Shown: positions 19,575 through 29,231, counted from the stretch's first letter. The stretch is DNA of 64,000 bases from Nibricoccus sp. (GCA_047602425.1 JASGHG010000001.1:4576001-4640000), one strand, 5' to 3'. Translations and numbers: made by a program. Notes: a model not told the origin generated them from the sequence alone.

Positions 19575-20156
19575 CTATTTCTTCCCAATGATCGAGCCCT
19601 CGAATTCGATTCGGGGGTCGGTGACATTCACGAGTTCGTTGAGTTCGTAGACATTCCGATAACCATATCCGTATAAATTGATATAGGTCGGAATATTCAA
19701 CGCCATCATGCGGGGCTTGCTTTGGGCAGAGATTTGCGTGGCGACTGCGTTGGTTGGTTTTGGGCGCGGGAACGCGATCTTGGAGGCGAAGTCGACCTGG
19801 TTGCCTTCGAAGTTATTATTGCAATAAATGAGGATCGTCGTGTCGAACGACGGGATCGTTTTCGCAAGGCTGTCCTGAGTGAAGTCAGTGAAGGCGAGAT
19901 GGCGGGCGCCTTTGACATGCACGCGGTCGTAGCGAAACGCCGAGCGCGAATCCAGAATGATAACGCCTGGTTCCTTGCTCATCTTCAGGAAAGTATTGAG
20001 GTCAATGAGGCGAGCGGCGCGGTGGGCTTCCACCTCGGCCACGAGGTCCTTGAAGTCGTCGAAGTTGACCTTGGCCTTCGGGTAGTTCGCGCCCTCGGCC
20101 AATCCAAGACTGGCTGCGGCAAATATGCACAAGATGGTGAATACTTTTGTTTTCAT
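19575..20156 (-). CDS. Secreted rhodanese-like domain protein
   Basis: Signal peptide; IILDSRS, HVKGARHL, ILIYCNNNF active-site loop, GYRNVYEL. Confidence 0.85.
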   Translation of the reverse strand: MKTKVFTILCIFAAASLGLAEGANYPKAKVNFDDFKDLVAEVEAHRAARLIDLNTFLKMSKEPGVIILDSRSAFRYDRVHVKGARHLAFTDFTQDSLAKTIPSFDTTILIYCNNNFEGNQVDFASKIAFPRPKPTNAVATQISAQSKPRMMALNIPTYINLYGYGYRNVYELNELVNVTDPRIEFEGSIIGKK

Positions 20157-20213
20157 CGTGGACGCTTTCGCAGTTTGGCGATTTCGGACACAGGTGGTGA
20201 AAAGGTTAGGAAA

Positions 20214-20295
20214 TTTGAACACAAAGGACGCCAAGGAACGCAAAGAGGGAAGTGCGAACACTTCTTTGCGTCTCTTCGTGATCTTGGTGTTCAAA
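20214..20295. repeat. Complete 9-nt-periodic imperfect inverted repeat (33-bp arms)
   Basis: tttgaacacaaaggacgccaaggaacgcaaaga (20214-20246) vs tctttgcgtctcttcgtgatcttggtgttcaaa (20263-20295). Confidence 0.8.
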
Positions 20296-20347
20296 ATGAT
20301 CGGGATGGCCGATCTGAGCTTTTTTTCTCAGCGCAACAGAGCGCACT

Positions 20348-22366
20348 TCAAACCGTCTTGGCGGGAGCAGGCTTTTTGAAGCTCCGCCAGTTTTCCAGAG
20401 GGATCAGGGCGACGGCGATGATGAGGACCTGGCTGATGCCAAAGGCGACCAGCCACCAAAAGGCCTGGTCCATGAAGCCGTAGCTGTGCAGGCCGACGCC
20501 GAGCATGTTGACGCCGAACCAGCTCCAAGCGGTTACAACGTTGCCGAAAACGGCGAGCGCCATGAGTCCGCGGGATTTGACGATGCCGCCCCAGCGGCAG
20601 TGGAGCGTGATCGCGCACCAAATCACGATGATGAGCGCGCCATTTTCCTTCGGATCCCAACCCCAGAAACGACCCCATGATTGGTCGGCCCAGATGCCGC
20701 CGAGGATCGTGCCGACGGCACTGAACAACGTGGCGAAGCAGACGATGCCGTATACCATTCGGGTGAGAGCCTGGCCGTTGGTTTCGTCTTTGACGGCTGT
20801 GGCGCGCGCGGCGATAGCGGCCCCAGGCGAAAGGGGCGCGATAACCAACGCGCTATTGGGGTTAAACTTCTTTTGAAGCCAAGTGGAAGAGAGCCCCATC
20901 ACAATATAGATAATGCCGAGGAACCCGGCCAGGAACATGGCGCCGTAGCCAATCGTGATGCTCACGACATGGGTGCCGAGCCAGAAGTTGGAGTCGAGGA
21001 CAGCGCGCATCATTTCCATGGTGTCACCGCTCAACGAAAGATGGTGGGCGATGATCAAGGCGATGAAACCGGCCGTGCCGGCGGCGACGATGCCGATCGC
21101 ATTCTTGAAAAACGTCTCAAGGATGAGGCAAAGCGCAACGGCGACCCAACAGATGCCGAGGGCCGACGAGTAGAGATTGGTCACGGGCGCGTAGCCGCCG
21201 ATCCACATGCGAGTGCCAATGCCGACGGTAGTAATCACCCAGGCGAGGGCGACGAGATAAAAGCCGGATCGGCGGAGCGTTTCGGGCCAGAGAAGCCAGG
21301 AGCCGACGCCGCAGAGAAAGGCGAGTACGAAAAGGGTGATGCTGCTATAAAATGGTTCGGCGACGTTGAAAGTGCGCTCGGCGTCGCTTTTCTTCAGCTG
21401 TGCGGGAAAATTCTTTTCGAGTTCCACGCGATAGAGACGGATGATCTCGTTGAACTCCTTGGGTTGGTTGTTGCGCCAGGTATGGGCGAGACCGGCGTAG
21501 ACGAGCGCGGCGGGATCGATGCGGCCGGTTTCGAAAGTGCTGAGCAGCGCGTCGCCGGTTTTGCGCCAGGCGTTGGGTTTGGCCGGATCGGCGGTGGGAA
21601 TTGCGAGCAGTGAGCCTTGCGAAGAGAGGAATTCGAAACGACTGCGGGCATTCGTCACAGCTTTGATCGCCGCCTCGTCATGCGGTTTGCTGTCGGCCTG
21701 CAGGCGCGCAGCCTCGACGGCTTTGCCGAGATCGGCGTGGAACTGCGTGAGTTCATCGAGGAAGTCGGGACTTTCTGGCAGGACGAGGCTGTATTGGAGC
21801 TGCTGATACGTGATGAGATCGCTGTAAAGCTTAAGCACGGCCTTCTGGAAGGCGTTGCGTTGGGCGGATTCGACCTCATTGGCAAGACGAGCCTGGCGTT
21901 CGATCTCGGCGACCTGTGGTTTCAGACGGTCGAACGAAAAGCGGGCGCGGGTCGAGGGCAGGAAACCGAAGATAGCCAACACGCGCTTGGCCGGACTGTC
22001 GTAATTGATTTTGGTTTCTGCCTCGCCGATGCCGACGAGCGCAAGCAGTTCAGGGGAATCGATGCGGAAGGTTGGAAAAGTGTTGGCGCGGGCGGAATCG
22101 AAGCAGGCGATGGCGAGCCATTCGACAGGCGAAGCGGCGAACGGTTGGCTGACGGACGGATCGCTGACGCGTTGCCGGCTCTGGATGGTGAGCAACGTGG
22201 TGCGGGCAACGGTATCCAGCGGCTTGATACGACCGTTGACGAGGGCTGGGAGGCGGCCGAAGCCATCGAGGTCGAAGTCGCTGGCTGCCTTACGGGAAGA
22301 GAGGAGGGGTTTCGCGGCGATATAAAGACCGACGAAGAGGACGAGAAAAGGGAGGAGACGTTTCAT
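20348..22366 (-). CDS. ccsA: Cytochrome c biogenesis protein CcsA/ResC (system II) with large periplasmic N-terminal domain
   Basis: WWD motif WADQSWGRFWGWDPKE; WLGTHV; GLHSYG; NGRIKPLDT; start at MKRLL. Confidence 0.92.
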   Translation of the reverse strand: MKRLLPFLVLFVGLYIAAKPLLSSRKAASDFDLDGFGRLPALVNGRIKPLDTVARTTLLTIQSRQRVSDPSVSQPFAASPVEWLAIACFDSARANTFPTFRIDSPELLALVGIGEAETKINYDSPAKRVLAIFGFLPSTRARFSFDRLKPQVAEIERQARLANEVESAQRNAFQKAVLKLYSDLITYQQLQYSLVLPESPDFLDELTQFHADLGKAVEAARLQADSKPHDEAAIKAVTNARSRFEFLSSQGSLLAIPTADPAKPNAWRKTGDALLSTFETGRIDPAALVYAGLAHTWRNNQPKEFNEIIRLYRVELEKNFPAQLKKSDAERTFNVAEPFYSSITLFVLAFLCGVGSWLLWPETLRRSGFYLVALAWVITTVGIGTRMWIGGYAPVTNLYSSALGICWVAVALCLILETFFKNAIGIVAAGTAGFIALIIAHHLSLSGDTMEMMRAVLDSNFWLGTHVVSITIGYGAMFLAGFLGIIYIVMGLSSTWLQKKFNPNSALVIAPLSPGAAIAARATAVKDETNGQALTRMVYGIVCFATLFSAVGTILGGIWADQSWGRFWGWDPKENGALIIVIWCAITLHCRWGGIVKSRGLMALAVFGNVVTAWSWFGVNMLGVGLHSYGFMDQAFWWLVAFGISQVLIIAVALIPLENWRSFKKPAPAKTV

Positions 22367-22377
22367 GGTGGAATGTT

Positions 22378-22410
22378 TTTTAACCACGGAGTTCACGGAG
22401 ACGCATGGAT
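22378..22410 (+). repeat. Half copy of the 9-nt-periodic element between resB and ccsA
   Basis: ttttaac cacggag tt cacggag acg catggat; 15/16 identity to 45282-45297. Confidence 0.6.
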
Positions 22411-22429
22411 GTCATTTTCATGATGCGAA

Positions 22430-23596
22430 TCAGGTTTTGGCAGCGGCGCGTTTTTGGATGAAGAAAAAGAGGCTGATGCCGAACTGGACGACAAGGCCAA
22501 TGGACATGAGGATACAGGCGATGTAGGGCAGCTGGCGGCCGGGGTTGCGGACGACCTGGAGGACGGTGGTGCGGTCGTTGTTTTCGAAACCCGCCTGATA
22601 GAAGGTGAGACCGGCGTGGCGAAGCGGGTTGTTCATGTAGATGAGCGTTTCACGGTCGGTTTTGCCATCAGGGGTGCGGAGGCGGACTTTGCTGGAAAAA
22701 TTTTTCGGAATCTCGGTGCCGGCGTATTTGTCGTGGCTGAATTTCAGCAGCGTGAGCGAGAATGGCTTGTAGAGTCGCGCGGGGCGCAGCGTGAGTTTCC
22801 AGGTTTTTCCCTCGTGGGTGAACGACTGCTGGCTGGCCAGAACGAGCGAGACGAGCCAGGTGCCGAGCGACGTGTTGCCGGCGCCGACGAGTTCGATCGA
22901 GGCCGCGGGGAGGTTGCGCTCATTGGGCTTGTAAGTAACCGGTTGGGGTGTGACGGCGACCTCTGCACCAATGCCGGTTGTGGCCATCGGAGGGGGAGGG
23001 TTGCTCATCTGGTTCCGCATCTGGATTTCGGCGTTGGGAAAATAAGCGCGCACAACGACGCGGAAGGGCAGGCCGGGATGCTGGATGGGATTACCCTTGG
23101 CGAGTAGTTTGGCCGGGATGGCAATTACCTGATCGAAATCCGGGTTGGTGGTGTCGATGATGGCGAGTTCGTTTTCGAGCGGACTGTCAGAAAAGTTGCT
23201 GGTCTGGCCCTCGTCGAGGCGCATCTGGAAATCCTCCTGGAGAAGTCCGCTGATGAGTTCGCCGAGCAGCAAAAGCACAAGCCCGAGGTGGGTGAGGTGA
23301 ATGCCGAGTTTTCTCCAGGTGAGTTTGAAACGATAGACGAACGCGGCCGAAAGGTTGAGGAAAAGCAGTCCGCCGATCAAATAGCCACCGGGAAAAACCG
23401 GCAAGGCCAGCTGGCTTCCCGCTGGGCGCAGGTACACGAAGAACGTGCGGAAGTATTTTTCCTGCACGGCCCAGATGCCGAGATTGACCTGGTCGAGCGT
23501 CGCCACGAAGACGAGCACGAGGGACAGGATCAGCAGCACCACGGTGAGCTGCATGGAGGTGAAGAAGCGGACAAGATGGCTCCAGATTTTGCTCAT
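22430..23596 (-). CDS. Cytochrome c biogenesis protein ResB/CcsB-like
   Basis: FFTSMQLTVVLL, LTHLGLVLLLLG (heme-ligand His), PKNFSS, IYMNNPLRHAGLTFYQ, NPGRQLPY. Confidence 0.88.
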   Translation of the reverse strand: MSKIWSHLVRFFTSMQLTVVLLILSLVLVFVATLDQVNLGIWAVQEKYFRTFFVYLRPAGSQLALPVFPGGYLIGGLLFLNLSAAFVYRFKLTWRKLGIHLTHLGLVLLLLGELISGLLQEDFQMRLDEGQTSNFSDSPLENELAIIDTTNPDFDQVIAIPAKLLAKGNPIQHPGLPFRVVVRAYFPNAEIQMRNQMSNPPPPMATTGIGAEVAVTPQPVTYKPNERNLPAASIELVGAGNTSLGTWLVSLVLASQQSFTHEGKTWKLTLRPARLYKPFSLTLLKFSHDKYAGTEIPKNFSSKVRLRTPDGKTDRETLIYMNNPLRHAGLTFYQAGFENNDRTTVLQVVRNPGRQLPYIACILMSIGLVVQFGISLFFFIQKRAAAKT

Positions 23597-23599
23597 GGC

Positions 23600-24730
23600 T
23601 CAGCGGGTTTTGACGCTTTTGAGAAATTCGACGAAGGCGGGTTTTTGCGAGGCCACGGTGGCTTCGGGTCCGCTCAATTTGAAAAACCACGCCTCATCGC
23701 CAAGGTAGAGGATGCCGCCAAGGACGCGGTTGGCATTGTTGGCGTAATCGATCATGGTGATTTTCAGGTCGCCGACGGCGAGGGCCGTCGTTTGGGCGGA
23801 GAGATCGGTTTCGGCCAGCGGCGCGAGCCCGATCTGGCGGCGCCAGCGGTTGATGTTTTCGAGGAGAGGATTGGCCTTCGCTGAGAGCATCGTGACGGAA
23901 AGGTCGGCGTCGCCCGCGGAACCGGGAACCGTGTAGCTGCCCTTGCGCATCTGGCCGAGCGGCTTGGCGGTCCAGCCGGCGGGCGCGGTCCAGACAAGGG
24001 GATTGTCGCTTGCGGGTGGAGGCGGGACGTCGCCGGACATCATGCCTGAAGGCGGCATGGCGGGCGCGCCGGCGCCGGCTGTGGCGGGCATGTTACCGGC
24101 ATTGACTGGTTCGGTTGAGGGAGCGGACGCAGGCTCGGTGAAAGCGACGGTGCGGAGAAAGGCGAGGAGATTGTCGCGTTGCCCGCCGACCGTGGCTTCG
24201 TCGCCCGTGATCTTGAAGAACCACGTGTGATCGGGCTGCTTGAGCCAGGCGCCGAGGATGCGAGCCTTGAATTTACCGTCGAGGAGTGGTTCGGTGCTGG
24301 TGATGTCGATCAGTTGAAATTTGCCAGTGGGCAAATCGAGGGAAGTGATGGCGGAGGGAAGTTCGGCTTCGGAAATGGGCGGGAGCTGGATCTGGCCGCG
24401 CCAACGGTTGACATTGGCGAAATCGCCGCCGACGTCGCCTGGAAATGCGGTTACCGCGAGTTCGGTGTTTACACCGTCTTTTTCCCCGAGGAGGAAACTG
24501 GCCACGCGCATGCTTTTGCCTGTTTGCTCCTGCCAGGCGTCGGGCTTTTGCCAGGTGAGCCCGGCGCGAGGTTTGTTCGAAACGGTCATGCCCGGGGACG
24601 GGGACGTCTGAGCGGGGGCGGGCGACTCCGATTCCTTGGCGATGCGGTAGCTGCGAATCTTGGGTTCTCGGCAGCTGGTGAAGGTGAGCAGGCAGGCAAC
24701 CGGCAGGGCTAACAAGATGCGTTTAAACAT
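23600..24730 (-). CDS. Uncharacterised lipoprotein with an internal domain duplication
   Basis: Lipobox LTFTS-C; two copies of WxxPxxW..MR..S..N(V/I)NRWRxQI..WFFK(I/L)xG. Confidence 0.8.
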   Translation of the reverse strand: MFKRILLALPVACLLTFTSCREPKIRSYRIAKESESPAPAQTSPSPGMTVSNKPRAGLTWQKPDAWQEQTGKSMRVASFLLGEKDGVNTELAVTAFPGDVGGDFANVNRWRGQIQLPPISEAELPSAITSLDLPTGKFQLIDITSTEPLLDGKFKARILGAWLKQPDHTWFFKITGDEATVGGQRDNLLAFLRTVAFTEPASAPSTEPVNAGNMPATAGAGAPAMPPSGMMSGDVPPPPASDNPLVWTAPAGWTAKPLGQMRKGSYTVPGSAGDADLSVTMLSAKANPLLENINRWRRQIGLAPLAETDLSAQTTALAVGDLKITMIDYANNANRVLGGILYLGDEAWFFKLSGPEATVASQKPAFVEFLKSVKTR

Positions 24731-24836
24731 GTGCGCTGAAGATTTCGGGCGGTGTGGAGAAATTCAACTCTAACTGGACGACGCACGGCACGCAAACGGC
24801 GTCATTAGGAAAATATGTCGTGGATCAAGGCGGCTA

Positions 24837-25769
24837 TCAGGATGTTTTCTTGCTGACCGGGCGCTCGGAGGTGGCGACGGCGACTTCGAGGAACGCCGCC
24901 AACGCGGGATCGGGCTGGGGCTTCTGACGCCAGCCGAGTACAAGTCGGCTTTCGGGGGCGTGGCCGCTCAAAGGGCAAAACCGCACGTCTCCCGGCAGTT
25001 GTTTGGCTTCGGATGGGGTGATGAACGTCGCCCCCAAACCGGCGCGGACGAGTCCGATGCCATTGGCGCGTGGCCAGACCTCTTCGGCGATGTGCGGAGT
25101 TACGCCTGCGGCGGCAAAAGCGGCCAAAATCCGGTCGTAAAAACCAGTGTTCAGTCCGCGGGGAAAAAGTACGAACGGTGTGCTCGCGAGGTCGCGCAGA
25201 CGAAGCGAAGTTTTTTTCGCAAGAGCGTGGTCGGCGGGAAGGAGAATGCCGTTGCGCTCACGCAACAGAACATGCGTGCGGAGTTCGGGCGTCGGCGCGT
25301 CGGGGTGAAAAAAGCCGCAGGAAATTTCTCCCGCTTGCAAGGCCTTGAGTTGGGCCGCCGTGGGAGATTCGTTGAGCTCCACGCGAATGCCGGGATGGCG
25401 CTTGCTGAACTCGCGCAAAATCCCCGGCAACACCGTGGCCATGGCGAGGCCGGTAAAGGCAACACGAACGTGCCCGGTTTGACCTGCGGCCATCGCGGCG
25501 ATTTCGCCGGGAATATTGGCGAGCGAACGCAGGAGTGGCTCGATGCGTTCCAGCAGGGCGGCGCCGGCGGGCGTCAGCTCGACCTTGCGGCGCGAACGCG
25601 TGAGCAAGTCGGCGCCGAGGGCTTGCTCGAGTTGGGCAATCTGGCGGCTCAAAGCGGGTTGTGCGATCGCGAGTGCCTCGGCGGCCTTGCGGAAATGCAA
25701 TTGTAGACCGACTTCGCGGAAATAAACGAGGTGGCGCAACTCGAACGGAAATTGATACTCACGAGGCAT
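24837..25769 (-). CDS. LysR family transcriptional regulator divergent from leuCD
   Basis: ELRHLVYF..HFRKAAEALAIAQPALSRQIAQLE..LTPAG; real start 25769, the longer track ORF is antisense shadow. Confidence 0.94.
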   Translation of the reverse strand: MPREYQFPFELRHLVYFREVGLQLHFRKAAEALAIAQPALSRQIAQLEQALGADLLTRSRRKVELTPAGAALLERIEPLLRSLANIPGEIAAMAAGQTGHVRVAFTGLAMATVLPGILREFSKRHPGIRVELNESPTAAQLKALQAGEISCGFFHPDAPTPELRTHVLLRERNGILLPADHALAKKTSLRLRDLASTPFVLFPRGLNTGFYDRILAAFAAAGVTPHIAEEVWPRANGIGLVRAGLGATFITPSEAKQLPGDVRFCPLSGHAPESRLVLGWRQKPQPDPALAAFLEVAVATSERPVSKKTS

Positions 25770-25771
25770 CA
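25753..25771. promoter_or_regulatory. LysR box overlapping the lysR start codon
   Basis: TGATAC-N7-GCATCA dyad containing T-N11-A; a weaker ATGGC..GGTAT site lies near 25799-25816. Confidence 0.65.
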
Positions 25772-25865
25772 CAGACGATGAAACAAGTATTTCCCGGCAT
25801 GGCAAACTTTTGGTATATTTCGGCCTTCGTATTCCATTTTCGTTCCTCAAAAACCTTTCTCTACC

Positions 25866-27278
25866 ATGGCAAAATCGCTCTTCCAAAAAGTCTGGGACGC
25901 CCACACCGTCCGCAAGCTGGCCAATGGCCAGACGCAATTGCTGATCGGCACGCACCTGATTCACGAAGTCACCAGCCCGCAGGCCTTCGGCATGCTGCGC
26001 GACCTGAAGCTTCCGGTCGCCATGCCGCACCGCACGTTTGCGACGGTCGATCATATTGTCCCTACCGATCAGTTCGCCGAGCCGTACGCCGATCCGCTGG
26101 CTCAGGCCATGATGAACGAACTGCGCAAAAACTGCGCGCAATTCGGTATCACTTTCTTTGACCGCGGCACGGGCAAGCAGGGCATCGTGCACATCGTCGG
26201 CCCCGAGCAGGGCATCACGCAGCCCGGTACGACGATCGCTTGCGGCGACTCGCACACCTCCACGCACGGTGCGTTTGGCGCGGTGGCGTTCGGCATCGGC
26301 ACGACGCAGATCCGCGACGTGCTCGCTACGCAGACGATGGCGCTCGGCGAACTCAAAGTCCGTCGCATCGAGGTCAACGGCAAGCTCCGCCCTGGCGTTT
26401 ATGCGAAGGATGTCATTCTCCACATCATCCGCACGCTCGGCGTGAACGGTGGCACGGGTTACGCGTACGAGTACGCGGGCAACGTGTTCGACGGTTTCAC
26501 GATGGAAGAGCGCATGACCGTGTGCAACATGTCCATCGAAGGCGGCGCGCGCGTCGGCTACGTCAATCCCGACGAAACAACCTTTGCCTATCTCCAAGGC
26601 CGTCCATACTCGCCGAAAGGCGCGGCTTGGGACGAAGCGGTCGCGCGTTGGAAATCCTTCGCGAGCGACAAGGGCTGCCACTACGACGACGTCGTTAAAA
26701 TCGACGCCGCCACGATCGAGCCGACCGTCACTTGGGGCATCAATCCCGGCCAGGGACTCGGCGTCAACGAATGCATTCCTGATCCGACCAAAGCGAAGGA
26801 CGTTGACGAAAAAGCCTCCATTGAAGAAGCGCTCGCTTACATGAAATTGAAGCCCGGTGCTCCGATCAAAGGCACCAAGATCGATGTCGCATTTCTCGGC
26901 TCTTGCACCAATGGACGCCTCAGCGATTTCCAGGAAGTTGCCCGCTACATCAAAGGCAAGAAGGTCGCCAAAGGCATCAAGGCGATCGCTGTGCCCGGTT
27001 CGCAAATCGTGGCGCTTCAGTGCGAAAAACTCGGTCTCGACAAGATTCTATCCGAAGCCGGTTTCGAGTGGCGCGCTGCTGGTTGCTCGATGTGTCTCGC
27101 GATGAATCCTGACAAACTCATTGGCGACCAAGTCTCCGCCAGCTCGTCGAACCGCAACTTCAAGGGCCGCCAAGGCAGCCCGACCGGCCGCACGATTCTC
27201 ATGAGCCCGCTCATGGTCGCCGCCGCTGCCGTCACCGGTGTCGTGAGCGATGCACGAGAAGTCTTCGCGGTGAACTAA
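25866..27278 (+). CDS. leuC: 3-isopropylmalate dehydratase large subunit
   Basis: [46 protein letters not shown]. Confidence 0.99.
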   Translation: MAKSLFQKVWDAHTVRKLANGQTQLLIGTHLIHEVTSPQAFGMLRDLKLPVAMPHRTFATVDHIVPTDQFAEPYADPLAQAMMNELRKNCAQFGITFFDRGTGKQGIVHIVGPEQGITQPGTTIACGDSHTSTHGAFGAVAFGIGTTQIRDVLATQTMALGELKVRRIEVNGKLRPGVYAKDVILHIIRTLGVNGGTGYAYEYAGNVFDGFTMEERMTVCNMSIEGGARVGYVNPDETTFAYLQGRPYSPKGAAWDEAVARWKSFASDKGCHYDDVVKIDAATIEPTVTWGINPGQGLGVNECIPDPTKAKDVDEKASIEEALAYMKLKPGAPIKGTKIDVAFLGSCTNGRLSDFQEVARYIKGKKVAKGIKAIAVPGSQIVALQCEKLGLDKILSEAGFEWRAAGCSMCLAMNPDKLIGDQVSASSSNRNFKGRQGSPTGRTILMSPLMVAAAAVTGVVSDAREVFAVN

Positions 27279-27376
27279 CCGCGAAGACCGTTGAAGAGGG
27301 AAGTTGAAGTTTAGGTTCAAACAACTGTTTCGACTTCCCGCTAACTTCTTAAACTTACACTTCCAACTTAAACTTT
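27261..27376. repeat. Stacked hairpins and AAGTT/AACTT short-period repeats between leuC and leuD
   Basis: Perfect 11-bp gtcttcgcggt/accgcgaagac around the leuC stop; gggaagttgaa/ttcgacttccc; repeated (a/c)actt units. Confidence 0.6.
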
Positions 27377-27383
27377 ATAAAAA

Positions 27384-27986
27384 ATGGCTCTCGCAAAAAT
27401 CACTCAAGTCACCGGCCGCGCCGTGTGCGTTCCCGGCAACGACATCGACACCGATCGCATCATCCCGGCTCGCTTCATGAAGTGCGTTTCGTTCGATGGA
27501 CTCGGCGAATTCCTTTTCTACGACGTGCGCAAAAACGAAGACGGTTCCAACAAGCAGCACCCGCTCAACGAGCCCCGTTTCCAAGGCGCCACGATCCTTC
27601 TTTCCGGCGCAAACTTCGGTTGCGGTTCTTCCCGTGAACACGCGCCCCAGGCGATTCAGAAATACGGCTTTCGCGCAATCATCGCGGAAAACTACGCTGA
27701 AATTTTCTTCGGCAATTCGACTACGCTTGGCATGCCTTGTGTATGCGCGAGCCGCGAAGATATCGCCAAGATCGCTGCCGCGGTTGAAGCAAATCCGCAG
27801 TTGGAAGTCGTCGTCGACGTCGCCGCGCAGGAAGTTCGTTTTGGCGGCCAAAAGATCAAAACCACGCAGCGCGAAAGCGCCCGCGACGCGCTGATCAATG
27901 GCCGTTGGGATTCGATTGGCGAACTGCTCGACGGCAAAGACGCCGTTGCCGCGTTGACCAAGAAGCTGCCGTACTTGGCGGCTTGA
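27384..27986 (+). CDS. leuD: 3-isopropylmalate dehydratase small subunit
   Basis: NDIDTDRIIPARF, NFGCGSSREHAPQA, AEIFFGN. Confidence 0.99.
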   Translation: MALAKITQVTGRAVCVPGNDIDTDRIIPARFMKCVSFDGLGEFLFYDVRKNEDGSNKQHPLNEPRFQGATILLSGANFGCGSSREHAPQAIQKYGFRAIIAENYAEIFFGNSTTLGMPCVCASREDIAKIAAAVEANPQLEVVVDVAAQEVRFGGQKIKTTQRESARDALINGRWDSIGELLDGKDAVAALTKKLPYLAA

Positions 27987-27997
27987 TGATTATTTTC

Positions 27998-28027
27998 AGC
28001 AAGCGGAGATGGACTCCTCCGCTTGCT
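27998..28027 (+). terminator. Hairpin after leuD (possible terminator)
   Basis: Perfect 11-bp agcaagcggag/ctccgcttgct; weak U tail. Confidence 0.5.
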
Positions 28028-28146
28028 CTGTTCGTGGCAAAACCTATTTTCCCGGCGTCAACTCTCCGCGGAGAAACTTAGATCAAACTTTTTGAACCCT
28101 TTTTTCGTTTGGCGAGTCAGAGGAGGAGTCCTATTCATTCAACCTT

Positions 28147-28773
28147 ATGATTCTTGCTGCTGTTGACCTGATACGCCTTGTGAGTTCGGCCGGTATTCTG
28201 GCCTACGTACTCGGCACGCTTTCTTTCATTGCCGTTTTCATTATCTGCGAACGCGCCGTCGCCCTCCGCAAAGCGGCAATTATCCCGCAGGAATTGGTAG
28301 ACGCTGCCTTGCAGGGGAAATTTTACCAGGACACCACCTTTAACGATAAAGCGTCGGCTCTCGGTCGCATTATTCAATTTGTCGAACAGCATCCCGGCGA
28401 TGTCGACGGCGCCAAGGCCTACGCTCGACTGGAAGTCATCAAGATGGAGCGAGGCGTCAGCTACCTCGACGTTATCTATACCGCTGCGCCGCTCATCGGC
28501 CTCATCGGTACGGTGTTCGGTCTCATCAGCGCCTTTAACGTGATCGATCCCGAAACCAAGATGCCCGAGCCTGTGCAATTCACGCACAGCGTCGGTTATG
28601 CACTCTCGGCGACGATGATCGGCCTTGTTGTCGCTTTGATCGCCCTCGGCGGAAATGGTTACCTGCAACGCAGAATCGATCACCACGCCGCGCGCCTTGA
28701 TGTATTGCTTGAACGAATACTCGCGCAGAAAAACACGCCAGCCACCGCCGGCGAAAAAGAACTCGTCCAATGA
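28147..28773 (+). CDS. MotA/TolQ/ExbB proton channel family protein
   Basis: APLIGLIGTVFGLISAF; ALSATMIGLVVALIA. Confidence 0.92.
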   Translation: MILAAVDLIRLVSSAGILAYVLGTLSFIAVFIICERAVALRKAAIIPQELVDAALQGKFYQDTTFNDKASALGRIIQFVEQHPGDVDGAKAYARLEVIKMERGVSYLDVIYTAAPLIGLIGTVFGLISAFNVIDPETKMPEPVQFTHSVGYALSATMIGLVVALIALGGNGYLQRRIDHHAARLDVLLERILAQKNTPATAGEKELVQ

Positions 28774-29180
28774 GCAGCGTCAGCGGACTCCGCAGTAGAA
28801 AACGGCACCGCCCCGAATTACCGCTGGTGCCTCTCATCGACGTGCTCGTGATGCTCGTGCTCTTCGCCTTTGTCGCGATGCGTTTTTCCACCAACACGAC
28901 GCTTAACATCACACTCCCCAAAGCCGAAACTGCCGGCAAAAACGAATTCAAGGGCAACGTTGTCGTAGAGATCAGCAAGGACGGTAAATTCAGCTTTAAC
29001 GGCAAAGAGGCTTCCGAAGCGCAACTCGTCGACCTTCTGAAAAACGTGAAGCAAATCGACAAGGATATTCCTGTCCTCGTGAGCGCCGACGAGAAAGCCA
29101 CTTGGGACAAAATTACTTTCGCAATGGATACCTGCCGTAAAGTCGGCCTGACGAAGTTTAGTATGCAGACGCGCCAGTGA
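28770..29180 (+). CDS. ExbD/TolR family protein
   Basis: LVPLIDVLVMLVLF, ITLPKA, VSADEK; 4-nt overlap with exbB. Confidence 0.92.
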   Translation: MSSVSGLRSRKRHRPELPLVPLIDVLVMLVLFAFVAMRFSTNTTLNITLPKAETAGKNEFKGNVVVEISKDGKFSFNGKEASEAQLVDLLKNVKQIDKDIPVLVSADEKATWDKITFAMDTCRKVGLTKFSMQTRQ

Positions 29181-29231
29181 GCGCGGTGGACTGAGGCCTG
29201 AGATTTTGCCGAAGCCGTATTTGGCTCAGTG

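Noticed and set aside
16828..20156. Bona fide integron with attC sites
   Set aside because: Only R''-like fragments; no paired GTTRRRY ends or intI, so kept as a hypothesis only
24786..24801. Sigma54-like CGGCACG-CAAA-CGGCG
   Set aside because: Faces the 3' end of lysR in antisense, away from the ccs operon
25770..27005. 412-aa N-terminal extension of the LysR ORF
   Set aside because: Antisense shadow of leuC; the HTH starts right after ATG 25769
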